Assembly (NCBI GenBank): GCA_964016885.1
Contig: OZ024741.1
Location: forward strand, 303,180,001-303,244,000
DNA: 64,000 nucleotides
Source of the DNA: Eledone cirrhosa
Taxonomy: Eukaryota
Reading direction: 5' to 3'
The position numbers and the translations under genes are program-made. Shown in pieces: positions 13,079-33,944 of this stretch (position 1 is its first letter; every line of letters begins with the position of its first letter). The notes below the pieces were generated by a model. That model saw only the letters and a list, made by a program, of their open reading frames with translations. It did no database searches and was not told the DNA's origin.

Positions 13079-13756
13079 TATTATTGTTATTGTGAAAGAA
13101 AGAAATATAGTTATTATAGTTTAACTTGGTTTGACCTTTAATTGAATGTATTCTAGACGTGCCCAGCCAATGTGTTATTCAAACATACATTTGAACCAAT
13201 ATACCAAAAACAATTCTTCGTGATCGAAAAACATTTCTTATCAAAACATTTTTTTTTTTATTATATTCATATTTACTGTTGCAGCGTGTGTCGCTGGCCT
13301 TTGCCCGCGGAAATGTTTTTGCCATTTGTCCGCAGGGTGCATCTGAAACACCACACTGACCTAGGTATAGAGTCTGTTAAACTCCTCTCTTTCCCCTTTG
13401 TTTCTTCCTGTGTCTAGTAGTCCTTGCTCCCCACCCCTTTCCTCTCATTTATGGCATTTATAGTCCTTTCCAATACTGCTTTCTTTTTCTGTATGTTTAA
13501 CCAAATAAAAATAAAATTTAGCCATAGCCCGCCTGAGAACTGAGCTCCGAGAGGTGGGTTGGCTGTTGCAGTGCGTGTCGCTGGCCATTGCCCGCGGGAT
13601 ACAGCCCCAACACCACCTTAGGCCTAGATTCCATCACCCCACTTCTTCTGTGACCCCAGAGCCCTTGCCCTTCCTTTCCTTTTTTAAATATCTATAGTGC
13701 TGTTGTTTGAAATAGATTTGTTTATGACTAAAAAAAAAAGAACAAATTATATTAAT

Positions 13757-13937
13757 ATTGTTTCTACTTTAGGCACAAGGCCAGCAATTACCCAGTGCAT
13801 TACTGGTACTTTATTTTATCGACCCCGTAAGGATGAAAGGCAAAGTCAACCTCGGCGGGATTTGAACTCAGATCGTAAAGGGACGTAACCATGCTGGAAA
13901 GCATGGCGTCCGACCCTCTACCGATACTGCCAATCCA
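13757..13937 (-). mobile_element. Family E SINE
   Basis: Near-identical to 58046-58229. Confidence 0.9.
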
Positions 13938-14667
13938 ATCCAGGTTTTATTTATATTTGTATTTTCAATAGAACTCTCAATCATCTTCGTAGCTTCTTCT
14001 ATTTATATTTATGTCTTTGTGTTTGTATTTATTTACAAACCTTGAAAATTAACTTAAACTCTTCACACAATAGAACCCCACCTAAATACACGACCACACA
14101 CCACAGGATAACAAAATGCCAGCTGATTCTTTATTCTGAATAGAAAAGAAACTTTCTATTTAAAATCAATAGAATTTTCTTGTCAGTCAATTGACTCCTG
14201 ACCTGTTCAACCCCACTTTAATAAAGAATAAATAAAAGAAGAGATTTTGAGAAAAAAATCCACACATGGTTTAACTGCCCACTTAATATGAGAACACACT
14301 TTTTAAAAATTTGATAAGCTTAACATAGCAATTGAACGCGGTAATATCTGATGAAATTTAATTTCTCAGAAAGCTTCTATTAGTCAAAATATCGATTTAT
14401 CATGATCAATCAACCCTCTGAAACATTGAATTAATGAAGAACCTATCTTCACCTTGTGTTTTATTTCCATTGTTCAAAACACACACACACACACACACGA
14501 CTGTAGTTCGATTAGAATCTTCCATGGAACCTTATGCGATGAAAGCCTACTACAAAAACTATAGCTCCCACCGCACGAACTCGTTGGAATCATCTCTTAA
14601 AGACTGCATGGAGTTCTAACAATGTCATTGGCCCTACCATAAACACGTGGATACTAGTGTGTATGTA

Positions 14668-14722
<55 letters not shown>

Positions 14723-14910
14723 ATGTGGTTGACGACTGAGAGAAAAGAGTACTCAATACCGAAGTAGAGTTTTAAGGTTCATTTTATTAAGACTGAAAAG
14801 TGAGTCTTGCTACTCTGGAGTTTCGCCTATCTATATATGATAAACAGGTGAAACTCCTGACTAACGACTCCCTATTTAGCCATAATAAAATGAATATATA
14901 TATATATATA

Positions 14911-15111
14911 AGTTATTCCGGGTTGAATCGGAGGTAACCACAGTAAGTAAGGTACTCAATACATAGCAGAGTATAAATGTTTTAATATAGAAGAGCATCT
15001 ACAGGACCAGAACTGTTTCATTCGTGAGAAGTCATCAGGAAGCTCCTGCTTCCTGATGATTTCTCACGAATGAAACAGTTCTAGTCTTGTAGAAGCTCTT
15101 CTATATTAAAA
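14911..15111. mobile_element. Family A palindromic double-hammerhead element with one-sided tail (Penelope-like non-autonomous element)
   Basis: Inverted repeat 14980-15111 with HHR(-) 14993-15045 and HHR(+) 15048-15096; tail 14911-14979; flanked by (TA)n; homologs at 7676, 25443, 39102, 48478 and 60734. Confidence 0.75.
15048..15096 (+). ncRNA. Type I hammerhead ribozyme motif (family A)
   Basis: GCTTC-CTGATGA-T TTC TCAC GAA T-GAAA-CAG TTCTAGTC TTG-TA-GAAGC. Confidence 0.75.
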
Positions 15112-17647
15112 TATATATATATATATAATAGAGAGAGAGAGAGAGAGAGTTCGTACTTACATACCAATGTAAGTTATTTCAATAAATATTTCCATATAGA
15201 AATGGCTTGTAGGCAAAGTGATATTGTGTATCTAACATATGTTAGATAGTGTTTCATCCTCTCGTGTAAAACTGTGATATCCTAAACTTTTGGAAAGAGA
15301 TTTTGTACCTGTAGAATTACAATTACATGATAAATTTAATTACACCAGCCTTATCTATATTTATATACTATCCGAGAGATTACACAGATGCACATACATA
15401 TATATATATATATAGAGAGACATATTTTGTATTTGTACTCTTATAACATACAGAGATATGTGGATTTATATACAGCCAAAAGTTTCGTATCTAAACCAAT
15501 ACTTTGTTTCGTAGTTAATTTAGTCTTTTGTTTGCGTGCATGGTCCCTTAACACCTGGGGGAATCGTGCGGTATTTCTAGAGCATTTTAAAACATAGCGG
15601 AGCCATCTCCTCTCCAGGTCTGAATACAGCTGACTTCTTCCATAGAAGGAGAGAATGTGAGAGAAAAAGAAAATGAGAAACAGATATAGAAGAAGAATCG
15701 ACGCCAGTACTAGACTGGTACTTTTTTTTATCGATCTCGAAAGGATGATAGGCAAACCTCGGCGGGATTCGAACTTATGTGGAAGAGAGCCGGAACGAAT
15801 ACTGCGAAGCATTCTATCTGACGTTCTAACGACTCTGTCAATTCGCCGATTAGTCTTTTGTTTAAGATAGATAAAAATATATTATTAATAAAAACTTCGA
15901 ATTCTTTAAATAACAGATATATTATTTCAAAGAGAAAATAAATGAGATATCTATCTATTGAGAAAAATTACTCAGTTCTAAAGTATAGTAAGGATATTTA
16001 TTATATTCCAGAGATTGCTGTCTGTTCTTTTTTACTATGAATTATCAGCAAGCAACAACGAAACTCAGAGTAATCATAGAGACATGGATATAGTTGATTA
16101 AAATGAATCAACTAAAAGGAAAATTTGCTATTGTTGATGTGTAGTCGTGATCAGCTCTGATTGAAGTGACATATGATACATTGGTAATAACCTTACTATT
16201 TCATCTAGATTACCTTCCTACATTAGTGCGTTTTATTGTAGGAATATTCCTGCTGCATATCGTTATGTACATTTTTTGTCTGTTTCCCTGTTCAATGGGT
16301 CCTTAGAGGCTTCCTGGGAAGAGTAATATTGTATTTCTAAAGGAACTACAAAGACAAACTACAAAGACAATCTGTAGATAGCTGACGAACGAGAATTCTC
16401 CATGTGTCCGGCATCTCCACGTTTTCTGTGTCTCTCGCTTGTCCCACGTGTTAATTTTGGACTTACATCGCACAAGTAGTTGACCGAATAATGGTGCGAA
16501 TCATGGATCTGCTGTTCTAGACATACCATACCACTCCCCATCAAATGTTTACTCCGATATTTGAATCGTATAAAATGTAGTGTGACAACCAGAATATATC
16601 GTAAACTCTACTCTGCATTGTTTTAGTAACAAGTAAATCTATGATGAGAAAGAATTCCAACCGCAACTACGCTGTCTTTTTAAGAGATGTCTGGGATTAT
16701 ATCATCTACTGTTAGCTTCACATTTTTTTTCAAAACAGTTGGAATTCAAAGGAGATTTGGCAGCTATATCTAGCAGGTGAACAGACTAAAGAGATTGTTC
16801 CTTATTGGCTCAACTGTTGTACTCCTATAGATTCTGGTTCGAGTGCTGTTAGTAGTAGTGAGCATTGAGTCACTGCGAAGGTGGACACAGTATATTAGTG
16901 CTGCACAAAACACAACTAAATGCTATTAATTAAAAAAAAAAAATTAGTTTGGGAAATAACTCAAACGGTCCAATGGAATATATTTTTGATGAATAAGTTA
17001 AGAAGTTTACGCAGATCAAATAAAAAAAAAAATAAAACAGAATTAGTTGAAATTTGAACTCAGAGCACAGGGAGCCGGACCGAATACCACAAAGCATTTT
17101 ATCCGACATTCTGATGGCTCTGCCTATTCATTACCTGCGAGAAAGAATATATGATAATTAAAAAAAAAAAATCAGACGCAAGATTACGAAAAGATTGTAA
17201 GATATCTTTTAAATTATGAAATAAACATAAATCTCGTCGCAATCGCCATATTTCCCAGATAAAATCTAATGTAGTCGCATTCATATTCCGGTTTTCAAGA
17301 TCTCTAAGAATCGTTATGAGGGAAGAAGGCAGTGATAAAATACACAGTCAAGATGAAAGTAACATGATTTATAAATGGAAATATTATACAATTTCGGCTT
17401 ATAATCCCTTACAAATATATGTGAAGGCATGAGTGTATTTGTGAAAGTATGTATGAATGTATGTATGTATGTATATATGAATGGACGCATGTGTAAGTTT
17501 GTGTATAAGTGTGTATCTGTATGTATGTGTATGCATGTGTATATTTGCATATGTGTATGTATATTTGTTTGTATGTGTGTGTGAATGTATGAGTGCATGA
17601 ACGTACGTATGTATGTGTGTGCGCATGTATCCATGCGTTTATATGTA

Positions 17648-17712
<65 letters not shown>

Positions 17713-18207
17713 GCAGGTATATGTATGTATGAGTACATATATTTGTGTATCTATAGCTTGGTTAATCAAATGAATTGACATTTCTCTTTTATCAATATCA
17801 TTTTACACCATATATGATCTCACACACGTTACTCACATGTGTATGTGTTCGCGTGTTCTTATACAGCCATACGAATCAGCTTGAGAATACACGCGGGCGC
17901 ACACACACTCATATGAACCATCGAGAAAGTCTCTACATAGTCACTTGAAATGCTAGAAATAGCAGACAGATAACTCAACAAGAACGATACAATGGGCAAT
18001 AGTGTCCTAAGAGATCCTTATAGTAGGAATGCGTTTGATCATATCTATGCTCGTTCAGGTTTGACTGGGGGTAAAACAGCAACGAACAGTCGTTTTAAGT
18101 CTGTTTTCCCACGTGTTTGCATCCTGCCCTCCTTTTCAGTCTTTTTAAACCTTAATTTACGCTTAGTAGCTTACAGTAAATTTGTAAATAATTTATTAAG
18201 ATTTCAT

Positions 18208-18470
18208 AATTAATTATATAAATAATGAAAAAAGGGGTAAGTGGTAAAGAAGGGCAGATCTGGCTGCATAGGAAAGTAAAGGAAAGGACTATAAATGCCA
18301 TAAATAAGGAGAAAAGACGGGAAAGAGACTATTAGGTTACGGAAGAAAGAGAGGGAAAGTGACAGACTCTACGCCTAGGTGTTTCGGCTGCCCTCCGCGG
18401 ACAATGACCAGCGACACCCGTTGCAACAGCTACCCCACCTCGAGGGGCTCCTTCCTCAGACGGACTGCTA
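18208..18470. repeat. Dispersed repeat family D copy
   Basis: Homology with 273-485 and, in reverse, with 13275-13620. Confidence 0.6.
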
Positions 18471-19537
18471 ACGTTCCGATTTTACAGCTGTAGGTGGTCC
18501 GAGGACGCCTGAGATCTCGACGCCGATCCAGCAGATCTATGACAAAAAAGACGTTCTACCCATGACCATGCACTTGTTTCTGTATATTCACACTTATATT
18601 GTCTAATATTTCTTTCCTTTTTATTAAGAAAAAAAAAAAAAAATGACATGGTGTATTTTTTCTAAGGGGTCTTGCGACCGTACGAAGATTTCACTGATCT
18701 CCTTTTACATTTCGTGTTTATTGCTTAGCACCAGCCCAGTTTTGATCTAGCATATCTATAATCAAAAGTGTTCCAACTGTGACCATTCCGTTAAATATTT
18801 TGATGTGTGCCCGGTATATTTGTGTAATTTAAATGAGATTTGGCTGTTATTTCTAGTAAGTTGAGTGATCATACACAAGCTTCTTTTGTTGGCTTGTACA
18901 GTAAATGTGTTGGACCTTCGTCGGTTCCGACGTCGAATGATCCAATTATTTGAACAAAGGAACAAACACTTTGCTCGTGAAATTATTAACATATAAGTGG
19001 CTGAATATTCCACAGGCTTGTGTGCCCTTTGAAATACAGATATAACTAATTTTTGCCAGATGAGGGGGCTGGAGAAACATGAAGTAATGTGTCTTGCTTA
19101 AGGATACAACAAGCCGCCCAGTCTAAGAATCGAACGCCCATTTTCGATCGTGTGTCTAACACTAACCATTAAACCACATGCCTTTATGATGCAGTAAGTA
19201 GGAGGGGTAATTACCAACAAGCTGGTTTCGATATCCGATTACAAGCATTTTACTTCACTTCTGTAACTTCTGTATGCATGAATATATATAATCCCATTTC
19301 TCACCCTCGTCTACCTCCCTTAAATTATCCTTTAAATGACATTATCCTCACTGTAAAGATAAAAGACGGAGACAGAACCCCCAGCATGTAATATCTTCTC
19401 TGAGATGCCATGATAAAAATCATCGTTAACTTAGACCGGAAACGGATATGCGCTTTTACAATAAAACATGTAAAACAACTACACACATACAAATACACGT
19501 TTGCTCAGTTATTATATGATTGACTTGCATCAAAGTG

Positions 19538-19646
<109 letters not shown>

Positions 19647-19919
19647 AAGAGAAGGGAAAAGGGAAGAGAGAGAATGTTTTCCATAACTGTAGTTAAAGAG
19701 TAAACCGTTCAACGGTACAAGCTAATCGCAAATGATTTACGCTGGAAATCTATGCAGTTGTACCAATACACACCAAACACACACCGAAACACATAGATAT
19801 TGAAACAGACTAAAACATCCATAAACAAGCAAATACCTCAAATAGGCACAAATACTCTCAGACAAGTATACACATACACGGACAAACGTACGCAGATAGA
19901 GACAAACGTTCTTATACAC

Positions 19920-20114
19920 CATATCTGCCAACCTCTAAAAACCCAAACAAGAAGTACCATGAAAATAAGTGCTCCAAAACGGGGAGAATGAGGCAAAAAT
20001 GGGGAAATTTTACATAATGAAAGCTATACCCATTTTCACAAGAGAAGACATATCTCATCCACCTCAAAGTGGGTGGGAGATCTCGCTGTCGGACGGGGAG
20101 AGTTGACAGATCTG
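19920..20114. mobile_element. ~195-bp MITE (hAT-like), copy 2
   Basis: Homologous to 1380-1574; imperfect 8-bp TSD TTATACAC/CTATACAT. Confidence 0.75.
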
Positions 20115-20499
20115 CTATACATGCATACATACAGAGGAAAACAACTATACAGGTAAACACATACAGACATGTACACAAACACAGAAAAACACATATGCAC
20201 ACACAGAAAAAAATCACACACATATATATATATATATAATAAACACACACACACATACACGGCCAAACACGCAAGCATCTACATAGCCAAGATTCTCTCT
20301 CTTTCTCTCTTCATAGAAGACTAGCAGCCAGCCACGCAAAACGTCCTTCCTATCCACGCCATTGAACTTGTGACAAAGAGTTATGTTTGCGATTAAATAT
20401 TTATGGTTTCTAGTGAATAAACTTGTATATTAAGTAATATTTCTCTCGTATGCATGTACATGTGTATGTAGTGGTCAACAGTAAGAGCATGAATCAGTC

Positions 20500-20720
20500 G
20501 ATCAAATCTTTTCATAACTCTCTTCCTGTTCGTCTGCCCTGCCTTTCCGACATGCAGAACCCCAGGTGTATGCTGCCTCATGTTGAACATGGTCCCGAGA
20601 TACTTGAACTTCTCCACCTCCTCCAGTGGAACTCCATTCACACGTAGAGTGTACTGTACAAACTTTCTTGAGAGTACGAGTGTCTCAATTTTCGCAGCAA
20701 TGAGTCGAACCTCTTCCGCG
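20500..20720 (-). mobile_element. Degenerate LINE RT C-terminal fragment
   Basis: NGVPLEEVEKFKYLGTMF motif typical of the end of LINE RT domains. Confidence 0.65.
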
Positions 20721-21456
20721 ATGTTTCATGTGAGAATCCTAACGAGTCAACGTCAACACCATGATCATCATTACTCTATTACTATTAGTAACAATTCTCT
20801 CTCTCTTCCACACACATGTGTAAACACACACACGCAACTGTTCCTGTTATTCAATATTATCTAAACAACTGATGCGTTGAAGTGGTAGAAACAGAGTGTC
20901 AGTTTGGACACCTTGCAGTGTTTTGTTACGTTTTCTTTATGTTCAATGTTCGACATACAGTCAACTTTACCTTCCATCTCATCTCATCTTATATGTATGA
21001 GAAATTGTTCATATAAATACCATGGATCAATATTAACAATATTAATCTACTTCATATATCTCCCTCCACCAATTATCAGTCCAAACAAATTTTGTGACTT
21101 CGCATGTATGTAAGAAATCACAGTTGTTATCGAAAGGAACTTCAGATTTTAACCTCAGAATTAAATTACATACGCAAACGGTCATATTGTAAGGCAACCG
21201 AACTTCGAGGATGAAGAGAGAGGGACTAACAAAAAAAAAAAAAAAAAAACAAATATAAAAAAAGAAAAAACGTTTCTCTTGCTCATTTTACAAGTAATTA
21301 CGTTTTTGATATGTATTCTCACTAAACACCAGCTGTCGTTCAATGGATTCCCCCCTACAGTTAGAAGGAATAACAGATAGAATCCTAGACGAGCCTTGCT
21401 AAGAGTGAAAAGTAATTGATACTTGAAAGATTCTCTGGGACAACAAGTTTTAATTG

Positions 21457-29910
<8,454 letters not shown>

Positions 29911-30197
29911 TTAATGAAACTTGTCCCAGAGAATCTTTACTGTATCAATTACTTTTTAAACTTAGTAGGGCTCGTCTAGGAGTATATCTATTATTATTAT
30001 GTCAGGTCGCTACTATAACATGTAACCCAGTACAACCTGTTGCATGGTCGGGTCGTCAGCAGATGAATTCAAGTCAGGAATCAGTGGCCTATCTCATCTG
30101 ATGCTGAGTGAAAGAACCTCCTTGGTCAACCGTCATGAAATCTCTTATGGTGAGCTTGTGTAAGGAAAAAGCTCACAGCACAGGCCTACGAAAACTG

Positions 30198-30705
30198 ATA
30201 TGTGTCAGTGGTATATGTGAGTGGTATATGTCAGTGATATATGTGAGTGGTATATGTCAATGGTATATGTCAGTGGTATATGTCAATGGTATATGTCAGT
30301 GATATATGTGAGTGGTATATGTCAGTGATATATGTGAGTAGTATATGTCAGTGGTATATGTCAGTGGTATATGTCAGTGGTATATGTCAGTGGTATATGT
30401 CAGTGGTATATGTCAGTGGTATATGTCAATGGTATATGTCAGTGGTATATGTCAGTGGTATATGTGAGTGGTATATGTGAGTGGTATATGTCAATGGTAT
30501 ATGTCAATGGTATATGTCAATGGTATATGTCAGTGATATATGTCAGTGATATATGTCAATGGTATATGTCAGTGATATATGTCAGTGATATTATGTCAGT
30601 GGTATATGTCAGTAGTATATGTCAGTGGTGATATGTCAATAATGATATATGTCAGTGGTATATGTCAGTGGTGATATATTTCAGTGGTATATGTCAGCGG
30701 TTATA
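30198..30705. repeat. 13-bp minisatellite (ATATGTCAGTGGT)n
   Basis: About 38 slightly degenerate units. Confidence 0.95.
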
Positions 30706-32400
30706 TACGAAAAGTTCATAGGCTGAAAACTTTATTTATGCAGACATAACTTTATCTCTCTCTCTCCCCCCTCTGCCCTCTCTCATACACACACCATATA
30801 TATATATATTTATATATAAAGAAAACAAGAAACGAAGAAACAAGAGGATGCACTAACATAATGTTGTATTACATTGAAGTTCATATATGGACAATAACAA
30901 CAACAACAAAACATTCATAAACCCCAATAGCAGTTGAAACATAGATAGGAAGATATGTAATCTCGAGTTTATATGTTGATAAATATGGAGGAAAAATATT
31001 GTAATTGAATGTAAAATGAAATACGGTGATATCCAGAGTAGAAAGAAATAGAGGATTCAAATATCTTTATATAGACTGTTGTAATCAAAGCATTATTAAA
31101 TTAAATATTATTAAATCAAACATTTTTTCTACGATAAACCCTGTCATTTTCGACGGATACTATGCTAGTATATATATCGTTAGTTTCTTTTTCATGTGCA
31201 ACTTTACTATACATATATATTATATATACATATCCATTACATTCGTATTTCTTGAGAAGCCAAATATTTAGGCAATTAAAAAAATATATTCAATTCACAA
31301 AATGTTGAGAAAAAAGAAAGAATTGTGAATGGCTTTTTAAAAAATTTAGTAGCAGAGGATTGGCAGGGGAGTGGGATAAGGAAGTGTAGAGTGGAAGTCC
31401 TCTGATGCTATTTTAAAGAACCAAAGCCACGAACTACAAATTGTCTTCAGTAGTGTGAGAAATGATGAATGTGTTTAGTAGTCATACATCTAAGCAGTAA
31501 GTAGTACATACAGCAAGCAGCCTATAAACAGTCATATGACAGTCGAAGCTGCACGTGTGCTGAACTTTAAATCCTAATTATTTTGAGTAGTGTTGGGGGT
31601 TGTTAAAATTTGGCAGAGAAAAGAAGAGAGAAATAAATATGGAATGGATCAATCACGAAATTTTAATTAATTGAACTAATTAAATATAGAATGCAGTATC
31701 TGAGATAATAATTCTGTCCGCCGGTCCGCGGCGACCAGCACGTGGGCCTCCATTTACTCATAATAGTGAGCGATGGGGAGAGCGAGTGAGACGGAGGCAT
31801 TGACAGCGGGAGTTTGGTTACTTTGTGTTCGGACCTGGTGTATATTTTTCACAGTCGCTCTCTTCACAAACACAGACACACCCAACCACATCATATGTGT
31901 CAATACACATATTTAGTGTAAATATATATGCAGTTTAGAACTCTTCTTCTCAGATGGTGGTCTTTGTCATTCAAATAATGACTGAAAAAAGCAACAACAA
32001 AACAACCCTGCTCCATGTAAATTTTATAGAAACATTTCCAAAATTTCTCAAAATCTCAGGGTTGTCTCCATTTCATATTTTATCTAATGATTGTCCTCGT
32101 TACTAAGAGTTTAATTTCCTTGGCTTACTAAAACTATGTCAACACCCACGTTACTATCAGGTTTACAAGCTACGGGCGACCTCGTGTATGTTTCCACCAA
32201 GTTATTGTGTCACAAAGTGTTCATTCAGACCATTCTAAGATTTAGCAGTCACATATAGAATATATTAAGCTGATGCAACCTAAGATCAAAACATGTCGGC
32301 ATTGTCACTACATTGCTAAAGACCAAACGCAGTTCATACTGCGTCCCATATATTTAATTAATATTGATTAAATTATATATAAACACACACATATATATAT

Positions 32401-33200
32401 ACTAGCTGAGGTACCCGGTAATACCCGGGAGCGGAGGGTATTCCCAGTTCCCATTAAAATGCCCAATGCCTCGCAGACCAAAAATGAAATCAAAATATAG
32501 GACAGATAATCAAACGCGAAAACAAATTCATTTACGAAAGAATAATACAAACAAATATTGTCAGGCGAAAAAATGTTTGTCAGAGAAGTTGAGTGTTGTT
32601 ATAAGGAAAAAAATAGAACCCCGTTGGGGTGTCTTAATATTATTGAAATTTGCTGAAATTTTGTGAACAGGCATCATATCTTGTCATTTACCTATGGTTT
32701 AAATTTCATATAAATCGAAGGGAAAACATTTTCAGCGGGGGTTTTGTGCCCCCGGGTAACCCTTTGATTAAAATGAAATATACTTATCCAAGTACCCTGG
32801 GCAATGTAGTTTCAGAATATATATGATTATGGGGGGTCTATCTCCAAAACCATAGGAGGAGTTCGTGAAATCTTGTTCCATCTTTTGGCCAAAATCTTCA
32901 CTATAGGGGTTTAACCCCCATTAGGGTGTCTTAATATTATTGAAATTTGCTGAAAGTTTGTGAATAGGCATCATATATTGTCATTTACCTATGGTTTAAA
33001 TTTAATATAGATTGAAGGGAAAAGAATTTCAGCGGTGGTTTGAGCCCCTGGGGAACCCTTTGATTAAAATTAAATATACGTAAGAAATCAAATGGGCATG
33101 AGCCCCACACACGTGTCAAGTTTCATCTAGATCGGTTTGGTAGTTTGAGTTTTAGGTTCAGAAACAAACAAACAAACAGACAGAAATTGCCATTTATGTA
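32401..33200 (-). mobile_element. Non-autonomous Helitron-like element with an internal ~300-bp duplication
   Basis: Minus-strand 3' end is hairpin CCCGGGTATTACCGGG then CTAG-T; 32625-32780 is repeated at 32922-33080; the other end has AAGTTTCAT..ATCGG..(CAAA)n as in invertebrate Helitron derivatives. Confidence 0.65.
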
Positions 33201-33205
33201 TTTTT

Positions 33206-33563
33206 CTAAGGTGGGTAAAATTCGCGAGATCCAAGGACGAGTTCTCTCCAGCGGTCTCTGTCCCTCATTATCGCTGCCATGTTCTGCGTCTCTAACAGAC
33301 CAGTGTCTATCCTTAGGGCATCAACATACGTTAACCTTGGTCTTCCAGTGTGTCCATGTAGCGGCTCCCACAGGAGCACTGAGTGCAATGTCAACTCTGG
33401 ATGTCGGTGAGCATGTCCAGGTAACCTCAGTCTCCTCTGTGTCACTTTTGAGCTGACTTTTGAGAGGCTCCCATACAGCTCTGAGTTTTTCATCCCCAGT
33501 GTATACTAATTAATGTTCAGAGCCATCCTCAGCATTCTCGTGTAGCACCCATCCACCATCTGA
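33206..33563 (-). mobile_element. RTE-clade LINE 3' fragment (family C)
   Basis: [64 protein letters not shown]. Confidence 0.9.
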
Positions 33564-33664
33564 GTGCATTTATGTATATAGATATATAAACATATATATA
33601 TATATAAATTTATATAAACAGATGTAGATATAAAAAAATATATATATATACACACACACACACA

Positions 33665-33711
<47 letters not shown>

Positions 33712-33874
33712 ATGTGTGTGTCTGTGTGTGTATAGTTAAAATGGTTTTCCGAAGGGGAACGGAAAGGAACCACAGTTTAATAAGGTATTCAACACATTTA
33801 TGTTTATAGATATATAAATTTATATACACATATGTATATATAAATATATATATATATATATATAAATTTATATA

Positions 33875-33944
<70 letters not shown>

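Noticed and set aside
13527-13600. GC-rich hairpin cluster as an HDV-like ribozyme
   Set aside because: Could not build the nested double pseudoknot; treated as part of repeat family D.
14341-14382. CTGATGA..GAAAGCTTC hammerhead-like string
   Set aside because: Stem II cannot form without consuming core bases, and stem I is offset; probably chance.
30108-30631. Cys/Trp-rich repeat ORFs (GICQWYMSVVYVS)n
   Set aside because: Translation of the 13-bp minisatellite.
30198-30705. CRISPR-like array
   Set aside because: Contiguous tandem units with no unique spacers, in a eukaryotic context.
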